The notes under the pieces are model-generated. The model was given only the letters and a program-made list of their open reading frames with translations. It made no database searches and was not told the origin of the DNA. A stretch of DNA of 64,000 nt from a virus (lineage: Duplodnaviria; Caudoviricetes), in the IMG/VR virus record IMGVR_UViG_3300031965_000021, positions 3,175-67,174 of that record; one strand, 5' to 3'. A program made the translations under genes and the position numbers. Positions 1 through 9,274 of this stretch are shown in pieces. How positions within the stretch are numbered: position 1 is the stretch's first letter; each line of letters opens with the position of its first letter.

Positions 1-41
1 CAATCTGCAAATACAGCTGCGATTTGAATTTTAGCTTCCAT
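1..41 (-). CDS. 5' part of a hypothetical ORF running off the window start
   Basis: ATG at 41 with a GGAG RBS upstream; frame open to position 1 (MEAKIQIAAVFAD..). Confidence 0.5.
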   Translation of the reverse strand, partial: MEAKIQIAAVFAD

Positions 42-116
42 AATATTCTCCAAAGGTTTAATTGATCTAAACATCCACACCAGCCCACCGATATTTTGAT
101 GGGCTGAGATTGAGGC

Positions 117-287
117 TTAGTTAAGAGGTTTAATTTCATGGGTAAAAACCAACATGTTTCGCCCTTTATACTCAACGATAACATCATGATTTTTTACAAC
201 AAGGACAGTCATGGTTTTTTCTTGTTTGTAAAAACCTAAAAACCCTTTCCCAACATACTCAACTTTTTGGTTCTTTTTAAATTTCAT
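117..287 (-). CDS. hypothetical protein, 56 aa (not in ORF track)
   Basis: Manual translation MKFKKNQKVEYVGKGF...EIKPLN*, AGGAG RBS upstream. Confidence 0.7.
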   Translation of the reverse strand: MKFKKNQKVEYVGKGFLGFYKQEKTMTVLVVKNHDVIVEYKGRNMLVFTHEIKPLN

Positions 288-329
288 GGCTTGTTCTCCT
301 TACCCGGCTGTTACACCGGGCTGGTTGGT

Positions 330-593
330 TTACCACCCTTTTGTAATTGTTTCGGGATTTATGCTTTTTATATTCCCGTAATTTTCTTTTATCCAATCAA
401 GAGCACCTTTCTTAGAGTAACAATAATCTCCATACTCAGTACTAAAAGTCGTTACTTCTATTTCATTTTCTTTAGTCCAGATATCTATATCCCATTCAGT
501 GAACTTTGAGAACTTTTCATAATCCGAATCAAACTCTACTTTAAATACATGAAATCTTTTGGAGTCATCTTCCGTTTTATAAACATATCCCAT
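330..593 (-). CDS. hypothetical protein, 87 aa
   Basis: ORF with GAGGAG RBS; lies directly downstream of the hammerhead ribozyme. Confidence 0.8.
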   Translation of the reverse strand: MGYVYKTEDDSKRFHVFKVEFDSDYEKFSKFTEWDIDIWTKENEIEVTTFSTEYGDYCYSKKGALDWIKENYGNIKSINPETITKGW

Positions 594-609
594 TTTGTTC
601 TCCTCATTT

Positions 610-662
610 AGTGTTTCGGCCTGCTGGCCTCGTCAGTAAGTTTCGCTTTAAACTCAGACACT
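610..662 (-). ncRNA. type III hammerhead ribozyme
   Basis: Minus strand AGUGU-C^UGAGUUU-AAAGCG-AAACUUA-CUGACGA-GGCC-AGCA-GGCC-GAA-ACACU: full CUGANGA/GAAA core, GUC cleavage triplet, three paired stems. Confidence 0.9.
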
Positions 663-780
663 GTATCCCTTCGCTTAGTCAAGGGGCTAACTTCACCAGC
701 TTGACTTTTGGGCTTCTCGGTTAACTTCCGCCTTTGCTTCCGGTCTCTCTCCGGGTCAATCTCTCTCTTTCTTACTTAAT

Positions 781-809
781 AATATAATTCATCCAATAAA
801 ATATGTAAA
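781..809 (-). promoter_or_regulatory. sigma70-like promoter for leftward genes
   Basis: TTTACA-N17-TATATT on the minus strand, in AT-rich intergenic DNA. Confidence 0.55.
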
Positions 810-929
810 GTCTTTTTATTAAATAAATTAAAAAAAAGATTTAAAGTTGAATTTATTTATAACTATTTAAAATAATACAACAAAACACCACCAAAAATTA
901 CTCAAATTTATCCCTCTCTCAAAAAAGTT

Positions 930-962
930 CTTAATAAACCGTAAAAAATAGCATATAATAAG
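930..962 (+). promoter_or_regulatory. promoter upstream of terminase small subunit (repeated motif)
   Basis: CTTAATAAA-N15-TATAATAAG; near-identical motifs at 47544-47576 and 57445-57478. Confidence 0.6.
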
Positions 963-1018
963 TAAAATTTTAGAATAAAATTTCTGGTCAACTCAAACTA
1001 AACAGGAAACAACCAAGT

Positions 1019-1738
1019 GTGAAGAGAACTAAGCCACCTGCCCCACCTAAACCGCTCCCTAAACAAAAAATGCCCTGGAAATCTTCAGCCAAGGGTAAAA
1101 AACTCACTACCGCCAAGCAACGCACCAAGAGGATGAATAAACTTACTGGTGCTAAAGACAATCCTCAATACTCTGATCTGCTTAACTCTCAACGATTCTG
1201 GGAAGCTAAATCAACATTCGGAAGAAACCCAACATTCGAGACTCCAGAAGATTTAGCCAAAGCATGTACTCAATATTTTATATGGGTAGAGGAACACCCT
1301 TTCTATGAGTTTAAAGTAGTAGGAACACACTTTGGGGAAGCTATAATAGAGAACATCCCCAAGAAGAGACCAATGACTCAAGTCTCACTCTGCTTATTCC
1401 TTGATATCTCTCAGGTTTCTTGGTTAAATTATAGGAAAAAGTCTCAAGATTTTCTTAAAGTCGTAGACATGGCAATGGATGTTATAAAGGAACAGAAGTT
1501 TAGTGGGGCTGCTGCAGGGTTCTTTAATACCAATATTATATGTAGAGACTTAGGGCTAATAGATAAGAAGGATGTAACCTCTGATGGTAAAGCTATCCAA
1601 GGCAATACAACTGTAATAAACAAAATAGACTTGTCCGGCCTAAGTACATTGGAACTAAAAAGTTTGGAAGGATTAGCAACCAAACTATTTGAGAGCAATA
1701 AGGAAGTGACTGAGTTTGAAGAGGAGCACAGGAACTAA
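1019..1738 (+). CDS. terS: terminase small subunit (P22 gp3-like)
   Basis: GRNPTFETPEDL..AC..YF.W..E.P motif; upstream of TerL. Confidence 0.75.
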   Translation: MKRTKPPAPPKPLPKQKMPWKSSAKGKKLTTAKQRTKRMNKLTGAKDNPQYSDLLNSQRFWEAKSTFGRNPTFETPEDLAKACTQYFIWVEEHPFYEFKVVGTHFGEAIIENIPKKRPMTQVSLCLFLDISQVSWLNYRKKSQDFLKVVDMAMDVIKEQKFSGAAAGFFNTNIICRDLGLIDKKDVTSDGKAIQGNTTVINKIDLSGLSTLELKSLEGLATKLFESNKEVTEFEEEHRN

Positions 1739-1944
1739 TGCTTGACACCGATCTTATAGACCACGAAACAGCAGCCTTTAATATATTCCTGATTGGTGAG
1801 TTATTAGGTATTAGTCCACCTACTACCCCTATACAAACAGAAAGATACCTGATCAATATAAAAGAACGGATAAAGCGCCAGCAAAAGCAAATAGCCGCTG
1901 TCAAGAAACTTAAAGAAGCGCTGGATGGATTAAACATCATATAA
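1738..1944 (+). CDS. hypothetical protein, 68 aa
   Basis: TAATG overlap with terS. Confidence 0.65.
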   Translation: MLDTDLIDHETAAFNIFLIGELLGISPPTTPIQTERYLINIKERIKRQQKQIAAVKKLKEALDGLNII

Positions 1945-1945
1945 A

Positions 1946-2146
1946 TTGGAGAATGATATGATAATTTGTGCATGTAATAGGGCGGGAAAAGTAAACTGTA
2001 ATGATAATCGTTGCTCTAAACATAAAGAAATGAAACCATCAAAAACTCACTATGCTCCATGGCGGGTAAATGCTGTATGTACTGGCTCTCTAAGAGCAGC
2101 AATAGATTATGCCAACTCCCTTAATTGGGGAGATGAAGATAAATAA
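1946..2146 (+). CDS. hypothetical protein, 66 aa
   Basis: Tightly packed ORF abutting terL. Confidence 0.55.
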   Translation: MENDMIICACNRAGKVNCNDNRCSKHKEMKPSKTHYAPWRVNAVCTGSLRAAIDYANSLNWGDEDK

Positions 2147-3712
2147 ATGAAACAACCTCTTGACAACCACCCAGCACTTAGAACTATAGTGAGTAACCCT
2201 GAGTTGCTCCGTGCTGAGTTGTGTCGTCGAGACTTCTATTATTTTGTTCAAGAGTTTTGGGATACCATTATACCGGAAGAACCAGTTTGGAATTGGCATA
2301 TGCAATACATCTGCCAAGAGATGGAAAAGACATTTGTCACTGTAATAAACCGCCAAGAGAAAGAATACGACTTAGTTATTAACATATCCCCAGGAACAAG
2401 CAAATCAACTATCTGTACTGTAATGTTTAATGCCTGGGTATGGATAGCCAGGAATCCTCTGCAAAATAAGAGGAAGCAAAAGGACGGCTCATATATAGAC
2501 TGGCTTGGTGCTGATCTTCGTTTTATGACTGGTTCATACAACCAAGCACTCTCTTTAGAACATGCAGAACTGACCAGGGATCTTATTTGGTCTGATAAAT
2601 ACAAAAGGTACTTTCCTGAATTAGAAATCCGTCCAGACAAGAGTATGAAGTCCAATTTCAAAAACACCAACAACGGCACTCGCTTCTCCACGGCTGTCGG
2701 CGCAACTGGTACTGGACTTCATGCTCATTTTATTATTATTGATGATCCGGTCAATCCTAAACAGTCTTTATCCGATACAGAGAGGGATAGTGCTAATCGG
2801 TGGATGGATCAAACCTTATCGACCAGGAAAGTAGATAAGAAAGTCACTGTAACCATCCTGATTATGCAGAGACTTCATAAAGATGATCCTACGGGGAATA
2901 TAGTTCAGAAGAGCACCAAACTTAAACATATTGTGCTTCCTGCTTCTACAGAGTATGAGATTAAACCTCCTTCTCTCAAAAAGTTTTACAAGAATGGTTT
3001 GATGGATCCAGTAAGACTTGATCATTCTGTATTAAAAGAGAACAAGACCAAACTTGGTTCATATGGGTTTGCTGGACAGTTTGGACAATCCCCTAAGCCA
3101 AGAGAAGGAGCAATGTTTGATGAGAATTACTTTGAGATAGTAAATGCTGTGCCAGAAGGTGGTACTGTATGGGTAAGGGGGTGGGATCTTGCTGCCACTA
3201 CTGCTCAAGAAGCAAAGTCAAGTAATGGCCCTGCTTATACAGCTGGTGTATTGATGAAGCAAGGACCAGACGGACTTTACTATATAGGACACGCCAAGCA
3301 TTTTAGGAAGACACCAGAAGGGGTAAGACGCTCTATCAGGAATACAGCCAGCCAAGACCCCATAGGGACGATAATTGACTTACCTCAAGACCCAGGTCAG
3401 GCAGGAAAGAGCCAGGTTAAATCATTTGTCACTTATTTGCCTGAATATAACGTTAGATATTCAACCGAGTCAGGAGATAAAGTATTAAGGGCTGAACCAC
3501 TCTCTGCTCAATGTGAAGCTGGGAATGTAAAAATATTAAAAGGGAATTGGAATACTGAGTTTTTAGATGAGATAGGCTTCTTCCCTAACGGTTTTAAAGA
3601 TTTTGTTGACGCAATGAGTCGGGCATATAGTCGGGTGATTAAAGTGGCCAAGATGGGTCAAGGAACTGTAGGCGGATGTGCTGGGGTTCCAAATTCTAGA
3701 CAAGAAGATTAA
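2147..3712 (+). CDS. terL: terminase large subunit
   Basis: Walker A-like SPGTSKST, Walker B FIIIDDP, C-terminal nuclease motifs GWDLA and DFVDAMS. Confidence 0.95.
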   Translation: MKQPLDNHPALRTIVSNPELLRAELCRRDFYYFVQEFWDTIIPEEPVWNWHMQYICQEMEKTFVTVINRQEKEYDLVINISPGTSKSTICTVMFNAWVWIARNPLQNKRKQKDGSYIDWLGADLRFMTGSYNQALSLEHAELTRDLIWSDKYKRYFPELEIRPDKSMKSNFKNTNNGTRFSTAVGATGTGLHAHFIIIDDPVNPKQSLSDTERDSANRWMDQTLSTRKVDKKVTVTILIMQRLHKDDPTGNIVQKSTKLKHIVLPASTEYEIKPPSLKKFYKNGLMDPVRLDHSVLKENKTKLGSYGFAGQFGQSPKPREGAMFDENYFEIVNAVPEGGTVWVRGWDLAATTAQEAKSSNGPAYTAGVLMKQGPDGLYYIGHAKHFRKTPEGVRRSIRNTASQDPIGTIIDLPQDPGQAGKSQVKSFVTYLPEYNVRYSTESGDKVLRAEPLSAQCEAGNVKILKGNWNTEFLDEIGFFPNGFKDFVDAMSRAYSRVIKVAKMGQGTVGGCAGVPNSRQED

Positions 3713-3820
3713 ATGAAGAAAATAAACTTTTACATGTATGCTATAAAATATTTTATCCAAGGTGATTCTTGGCAAGAAGCAAAGCAATTCGCTTTTGTTA
3801 TAGTTTACAGGTTTAAATAA
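3713..3820 (+). CDS. small hypothetical protein, 35 aa (not in ORF track)
   Basis: MKKINFYMYAIKYF...VYRFK*; starts right after the terL stop and overlaps the portal ATG. Confidence 0.5.
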   Translation: MKKINFYMYAIKYFIQGDSWQEAKQFAFVIVYRFK

Positions 3821-5328
3821 TGACAATTAAGAAAGCCAACAATTTTATAGAAGATTCGAACCGACAACCGCCCACAGACAACGTCAAGCAAGACCATATG
3901 GCTATTGCTGGTGTAGCTGGTGTTAAAATATCCACTGGCTTTGTCCACGACGAGTTCATTGTTAAACTGGTTGGGGAGAGGGGCAGACGAATCTACAGAG
4001 AGATGCGTGACAATGATGCTACTGTAGGAGCTATCCTGTTTGCTGTAGAAATGTTGTTAAGGGCTGCTAAGTGGAGAGTAGAGCCAAAAGAAGATGCCGA
4101 GATAGAAGATGCTGACACCAGCAATGAAGAGAAAGTGGTTGATATATCCGCTGGTATAAAAGATCACGATTCAGCTGTAGCGTTTGTTGAAGGGGTTCTG
4201 TTTAATGATATGTCCCATACCTGGGATGACTTTGTGGCCAATATCCTGACCATGCTCCCTTATGGCTGGCAATGGACAGAGGTATGTTACAAGAGACGAA
4301 ACGGCATAACAAATGATCAAAAAACAACATCTCTGTTTGATGATGGATTAATAGGTATATACAAGCTGGCTGACCGCTCCCAAGAAACACTTGATAGATG
4401 GGACATGGATGAATCCGGCTGTGTATTCGGTATGTGGCAGGAAGGGCCAAATGGAGGTAACCTTCGCTATATTCCTATGGAAAAGAGCCTGCACTTCAGG
4501 CCACACCCTTTTAAAGATTCCCCTGAGGGCCGTAGTGTTCTCCGTGCTGCTTATCGCTCTTGGTACTTTCTGAAGAACATCCAGGAAATTGAGGCGATTG
4601 CTATAGAGAGAGAGTTGAACGGTCTTCCTGTTGTGTATATCCCCTCTGCTATTCTTAATGGTACTTCTACAGAAGCCAAGGCAGCTGTTGAGACATATAA
4701 AAAGATGGTTAGGGATGTTAAATTTAATGAACAGGGCGGAATCGTCCTGCCTTCTGACCCTTTTTATAATAGTGAGGGTGATCCCGGTACTGTAAGACAA
4801 GTTGAGTTTGCTCTGGTAAATGCCAATGGAACAAGAGCTGTTGATACAGACAAGGTCATTAAGCGATACCAGGGAGATATAGCTAGAACCATTCTCGCTC
4901 AGTTTATCCTAATGAGCCAATCAGGAAGTAAGGGTGGATATGCTCAATCAGAAAACGAAACAGATATTTTCCTAAGGGCTGCAGAAGGGTGGCTTGAGTC
5001 AATAGCAGCAACAATCAACAGACAACTTATCCCTAAACTCTGGCAATTGAATGGATTAGATCAAGAGTATATGCCACATGTAGTTCCTGGCCAACTCAAG
5101 CCGGAGAATTTAGGCATACTTGGTGATTTTATCCAAAAACTATCTGGTGCTGGATTAATGTTCACTGATATTGATACAGAGAATCATTTGAGAGAGCTGG
5201 CTGGACTGCCTGCTGTAAGTGAAGAGACAAGGGATGAAATAAACTTTGACGACGAGCCAATTAACCCTGACCTGACTAAACCAATTAACGCCAAACTAAA
5301 CACTGGGTTGATTGAGGAAGAAGAATAG
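3820..5328 (+). CDS. portal protein (DUF935 / Mu gp29-like)
   Basis: Position after terL; YREMRDND, PEGRSVLR.AY..W, IERELNG.P motifs. Confidence 0.9.
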   Translation: MTIKKANNFIEDSNRQPPTDNVKQDHMAIAGVAGVKISTGFVHDEFIVKLVGERGRRIYREMRDNDATVGAILFAVEMLLRAAKWRVEPKEDAEIEDADTSNEEKVVDISAGIKDHDSAVAFVEGVLFNDMSHTWDDFVANILTMLPYGWQWTEVCYKRRNGITNDQKTTSLFDDGLIGIYKLADRSQETLDRWDMDESGCVFGMWQEGPNGGNLRYIPMEKSLHFRPHPFKDSPEGRSVLRAAYRSWYFLKNIQEIEAIAIERELNGLPVVYIPSAILNGTSTEAKAAVETYKKMVRDVKFNEQGGIVLPSDPFYNSEGDPGTVRQVEFALVNANGTRAVDTDKVIKRYQGDIARTILAQFILMSQSGSKGGYAQSENETDIFLRAAEGWLESIAATINRQLIPKLWQLNGLDQEYMPHVVPGQLKPENLGILGDFIQKLSGAGLMFTDIDTENHLRELAGLPAVSEETRDEINFDDEPINPDLTKPINAKLNTGLIEEEE

Positions 5329-5466
5329 ATGACTACAAAACTGCTCAAACTTCTGCTCAGTGTATTAATATTGGTTGGTGAGCTTGATGCAGGAAAGAGT
5401 TATACGAGTCGAGACATTGTAGAAGCAGCAGAAAGTTATTGTAAAGAATTTCTTGAGAAAGAGTAA
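5329..5466 (+). CDS. small hydrophobic hypothetical protein, 45 aa (not in ORF track)
   Basis: MTTKLLKLLLSVLILVGELD..; fills the portal-MuF gap exactly. Confidence 0.5.
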   Translation: MTTKLLKLLLSVLILVGELDAGKSYTSRDIVEAAESYCKEFLEKE

Positions 5467-5467
5467 T

Positions 5468-7258
5468 ATGGCCATTTCCCCCTTTATCATAGAAGCAAAT
5501 AAATATGAGCCAAAGATGCGCTCTGCTTTGATAAAGGCATTTAATGAATTGCGTACTCAGGAATCAAGAGCAGCTATTGTAAGGGCACTACAGGAAGGCG
5601 GTGTTGATGCTGTAATGAGGCTATTTGAGAATATAGAACCAAAGATTGCCGCTCAACTCTCTCCTGTAATAGATCAGGCATTAGGTGCTGGGGCTTCTCT
5701 TCCATCAACCATGATACCTGCAGCCGCTTTCTTGAATAAAGATGTAACTGTTAGTTTGTACAATCAGGCTACAGTTGCTTTTCTGGAAAGGTACAAACTG
5801 GATTTGATTCAACAGATAGGGAGAAATACCCGGGAAGCAGTTCGAACTTCTTTAATAGCCGATCAGATAGCCGGGATTAACCCTGTAGAGACTGCCAGGA
5901 ATTTCCGTAATACACTCGGCCTCACAGTAAAACAGGAACAATCAGTAAGGAACTATAGGTCATACCTCGAACAGCTCGACAAGCAAGCATTACAGCGACA
6001 ATTGAGAGATAAGCGGCATGACTCTATTATCAGTAGGGCTATTGCTGACCAAAAACCTCTTTCTCCTGAGCAGATCGAGAAGATGACCAACCGTTACAGG
6101 GAAAGATATATCAAGTATCGGGCCGAGACTATTGCCAGGACAGAAGCATTAAGGGCTGTATCAATAGGTAATAGAGCTGCACTTGATCAGATGATTAATA
6201 ATGCCGATGTGGATACAGAGAAGTTGAGAAGGTTCTGGCATTATACCGGGGATAGTCGGACCAGACAGGCACACAGAGAGATTCCTGGTATGAATCCTGA
6301 TGGAAGGAAATTGGATGAGCCTTTTCAAACACCGCTTGGCCCGTTGATGTTTCCGCGTGATCCGAATGGGACTGCTGAGAATACCATTAAGTGTCGGTGC
6401 GTCGAGTTTTACAGATTGATATTAGATAATGGGAAGTTGAAAGGTCCGAAGCCTACTGATGAGAAGCCGAAAGTCACTGTGACAGATGCTGCTCAAGAAA
6501 TTAAACCTTCACAACTATTGCCTACGACTAAAAGCGAAGTCCCTATTGATAAACTGTTGAATTTGGATTTTGTTAAAAATGAAGCGGCAGGTGTTCATCA
6601 ATTTAATGAAGAGATGGGTGGAAGTAATGCAGCATATTTTATTGCGAAAGAAAAAGGGTTTACTAAATTACCAAGTGTTGTAAATGCGGATGAATATAAA
6701 AAACTTATTGAAGAAGGTAAAAACCCAGAGATGTTTCGTGGGTTTTATGGAAACAATGTAAAGTCTGCTACTGATCAAATAAAGCAATATAAGGAAGGGG
6801 ATTTTTATATTGGTAAGGGAGTATATGGAAGAGGTAGTTATTTTGGTGTAGGTAATAATGCTAATGAAAAAGCTCTTCAGTTTGCTGAGAATAACAAAGA
6901 CCAAGTTATTTCGTCAGTATTAAAGTCCGACGCAAAAGTTATCCGTCATTCAGATTTGATAAAACAGCAAGAAAAATATTTAAAAGAACTAAAAGAAGAG
7001 TTTAGCTATTCATCAATGAGTAAGAAAATAGAGGCTGGGAAAGTATCTGCATCTGAAGTTGATGGGTTGATGAATAAAGGAAATTTATTAATAACAGAAT
7101 TGAACGACCCAGGAGTATTTGCTATAGCTATGGATTATGATGCTATTTGGGTTGATTTACAAAGTGGAAAAACTGCATATGTTTCTTTGGCTACCAGTAC
7201 AGGGTCTGACGAAATAATGGTTTTGAATAGAAGTAAGCTGATAATTAAAGGGCAATAA
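5468..7258 (+). CDS. MuF/SPP1 gp7-like head morphogenesis protein with C-terminal ADP-ribosyltransferase-like extension
   Basis: RAETIARTE, W....D.RTR.AH, P..P.....I.CRC MuF motifs; C-terminal FRG..GVYGRGSYF..DEIMVLN. Confidence 0.8.
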   Translation: MAISPFIIEANKYEPKMRSALIKAFNELRTQESRAAIVRALQEGGVDAVMRLFENIEPKIAAQLSPVIDQALGAGASLPSTMIPAAAFLNKDVTVSLYNQATVAFLERYKLDLIQQIGRNTREAVRTSLIADQIAGINPVETARNFRNTLGLTVKQEQSVRNYRSYLEQLDKQALQRQLRDKRHDSIISRAIADQKPLSPEQIEKMTNRYRERYIKYRAETIARTEALRAVSIGNRAALDQMINNADVDTEKLRRFWHYTGDSRTRQAHREIPGMNPDGRKLDEPFQTPLGPLMFPRDPNGTAENTIKCRCVEFYRLILDNGKLKGPKPTDEKPKVTVTDAAQEIKPSQLLPTTKSEVPIDKLLNLDFVKNEAAGVHQFNEEMGGSNAAYFIAKEKGFTKLPSVVNADEYKKLIEEGKNPEMFRGFYGNNVKSATDQIKQYKEGDFYIGKGVYGRGSYFGVGNNANEKALQFAENNKDQVISSVLKSDAKVIRHSDLIKQQEKYLKELKEEFSYSSMSKKIEAGKVSASEVDGLMNKGNLLITELNDPGVFAIAMDYDAIWVDLQSGKTAYVSLATSTGSDEIMVLNRSKLIIKGQ

Positions 7259-7695
7259 TGAACATACAAAAGCAAAACAAATTCCAGATAACCAAAGTTG
7301 ATACCGAGAATCGGATGGTTTTCGGCTTCTTCAACGTCAACAAGATTGGCGACGAATTGGTTGAGGATCTCCAGCAGGACACTATTGAGACGGAAGAGTT
7401 GGAGAAGGCCGCTTATGACTTCGTGCTCAATGCCAGGATAGCAGGAGAAAGCCATTTACGCAAGGGTGTAGGTAATCTGGTTGAGTCAATGATGTTCACT
7501 TACGAGAAAGAGCAAGCCATCCTGAAAACACTGGAGCAGATCGGCATTAAAGATGCTCAATTCTCTCTCGGTATAGAGGGCTGGTGGGGCGGCTTTCAGA
7601 TTACTGATGAAGAAGTGCTGGCGAAGATTGATAAAGGCGAATACCCCATGTTTTCTGTTGGTGGAAAAGCTGAACAACGGATTGAGGAAGAATAA
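7258..7695 (+). CDS. XkdF-like prohead serine protease
   Basis: ELEKAAYDF, GESH, GNLVES, GWW.GF.I, FSVGG motifs. Confidence 0.8.
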   Translation: MNIQKQNKFQITKVDTENRMVFGFFNVNKIGDELVEDLQQDTIETEELEKAAYDFVLNARIAGESHLRKGVGNLVESMMFTYEKEQAILKTLEQIGIKDAQFSLGIEGWWGGFQITDEEVLAKIDKGEYPMFSVGGKAEQRIEEE

Positions 7696-8796
7696 ATGGC
7701 AAAGAGAACAAGAAAGAAAGGAGCATTAAAAGGTTTGTCATTTGATGAAGTATCTTTTGTCGGTCAAGGGGCAAACCAGAATGCACATATCTCCATCATC
7801 AAGATGGCAGATGGTCAGGAAGAAATAGCCAAGCGGATGTTTGAGGAGGTTCTTTCTGAAATCTTGGAAGACGAAAAACTCTATAAATATTGTGAAGAGC
7901 TTTATATCAATAATAGAGCACTCACTCAATCAGTATCGTCAATTGTCCACGACGAAAAAATAGAGGACAAGAAATCAGCTATATTGCAAAGTCTGCAACA
8001 ATTTGTCCAAGTCTTTACCTCCATGGTACTTGACACGGACGTAATAAAGTCGGGCCAAGACATCGTGTCTATTCTCGGCGAATCAAAACCAAATACGGAG
8101 GTAAACGAAGTGGAAAAAGGAATTTTGTTTTACAAGGCAATGGCCGGGATTACTGATGAGCAGAAAGCAATCTATACTGCTCTGAAAGAAGCAGATCAAG
8201 AAGCAATCCTGAAATCAGCAACCAAAGATGACGAAATTGACGTTGAATTGTTTGCCAAATCTATCAATGCCAAGAAGGTCACTAAGAAGCGTACTCAAAC
8301 CGCCGACGAGTCTTTCGAAATGGACGGTGAGACGATTTCTAAATCAGTAGTAGGTGAAGCTGTCTATAAACTGTTAAAAGCGCAGGGCGCTAAGATGGAA
8401 GCTCTTGAAAAGCAGGCTGCAGATGACCGGGCTATTGCCAAGGAAGAACGTGATGCCCGTATCCTCAAAGAATTGTCTGAGGAAGCTGTCCAACTCTGGC
8501 CAAATCTCCCTGGTACTGCTGTAGAGAAAGGAGAAACCCTTCGAGCTATTCGTGCTTTGCCTGAGAATCTTCAGAAAGCTCAAATGGCTATGCTGGCTGC
8601 TGGTAATGTCTCATCTTCTAAACTGTTTAAGGAGGCTGGTCACGGTGGGCAAGGTGATGATCTGGATGCAAACGGTAAATTGACCAAACTAGCTAAAGAA
8701 CACGCCGAGAAAACAGGGGTAGATTTCCACAAAGCATATACGGAAATCCTTGACACTCCGGTCGGCAAACAACTGTATGAAGAAAGCCTGAATTAA
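7696..8796 (+). CDS. scaffolding protein with N-terminal protease-type EVSFV..GAN segment
   Basis: Helical, charged protein upstream of capsid genes. Confidence 0.65.
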   Translation: MAKRTRKKGALKGLSFDEVSFVGQGANQNAHISIIKMADGQEEIAKRMFEEVLSEILEDEKLYKYCEELYINNRALTQSVSSIVHDEKIEDKKSAILQSLQQFVQVFTSMVLDTDVIKSGQDIVSILGESKPNTEVNEVEKGILFYKAMAGITDEQKAIYTALKEADQEAILKSATKDDEIDVELFAKSINAKKVTKKRTQTADESFEMDGETISKSVVGEAVYKLLKAQGAKMEALEKQAADDRAIAKEERDARILKELSEEAVQLWPNLPGTAVEKGETLRAIRALPENLQKAQMAMLAAGNVSSSKLFKEAGHGGQGDDLDANGKLTKLAKEHAEKTGVDFHKAYTEILDTPVGKQLYEESLN

Positions 8797-8855
8797 TACT
8801 CCGGCTGAACTGTAACAACAAATTGTAAGTAAATAATTCAAAAGGAGTACAAATA

Positions 8856-9230
8856 ATGTCTGAAAGAAACAAAAAGTGTTTGTCTTTTCCTGTTCTCGGT
8901 GATCAGAAAGGCAATATGTACAAGTTCATGAAAGGAAATACTGATGGTCAAGTCTTGCTCAACGATGTTGCCGGTGGTGCTTGTGTTGGTGTACTTGATA
9001 CCGTAGATGGTGATGCAACCGGAAAAGTTGTCCCTGTAGCCTATGAAGGAGTTGTCCGTGTTCTTTTAGGGGCAACTGTTGCAAAAATGGCATTAGTTGC
9101 TTCCACTAATACTGGCCTGGCTACAACTGCTACTGGCGGCGACTATGTACAGGGTTTGTGTATTGTCGGTGGGGATAGTGGTGATCTTGGTGAAGTACTG
9201 CTTTATCAAAACGCTCAGTTAAACGCATAA
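8856..9230 (+). CDS. capsid cement/decoration protein (DUF2190-like)
   Basis: Small Gly/Val-rich beta protein between scaffold and major capsid genes. Confidence 0.6.
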   Translation: MSERNKKCLSFPVLGDQKGNMYKFMKGNTDGQVLLNDVAGGACVGVLDTVDGDATGKVVPVAYEGVVRVLLGATVAKMALVASTNTGLATTATGGDYVQGLCIVGGDSGDLGEVLLYQNAQLNA

Positions 9231-9274
9231 TCAATTTTTAATAACTTTTTAACAATATATAAGGAGTACAAACA

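Noticed and set aside
81-106. CAGCCCA/TGGGCTG hairpin as a terminator
   Set aside because: No U tract on either strand; function cannot be supported
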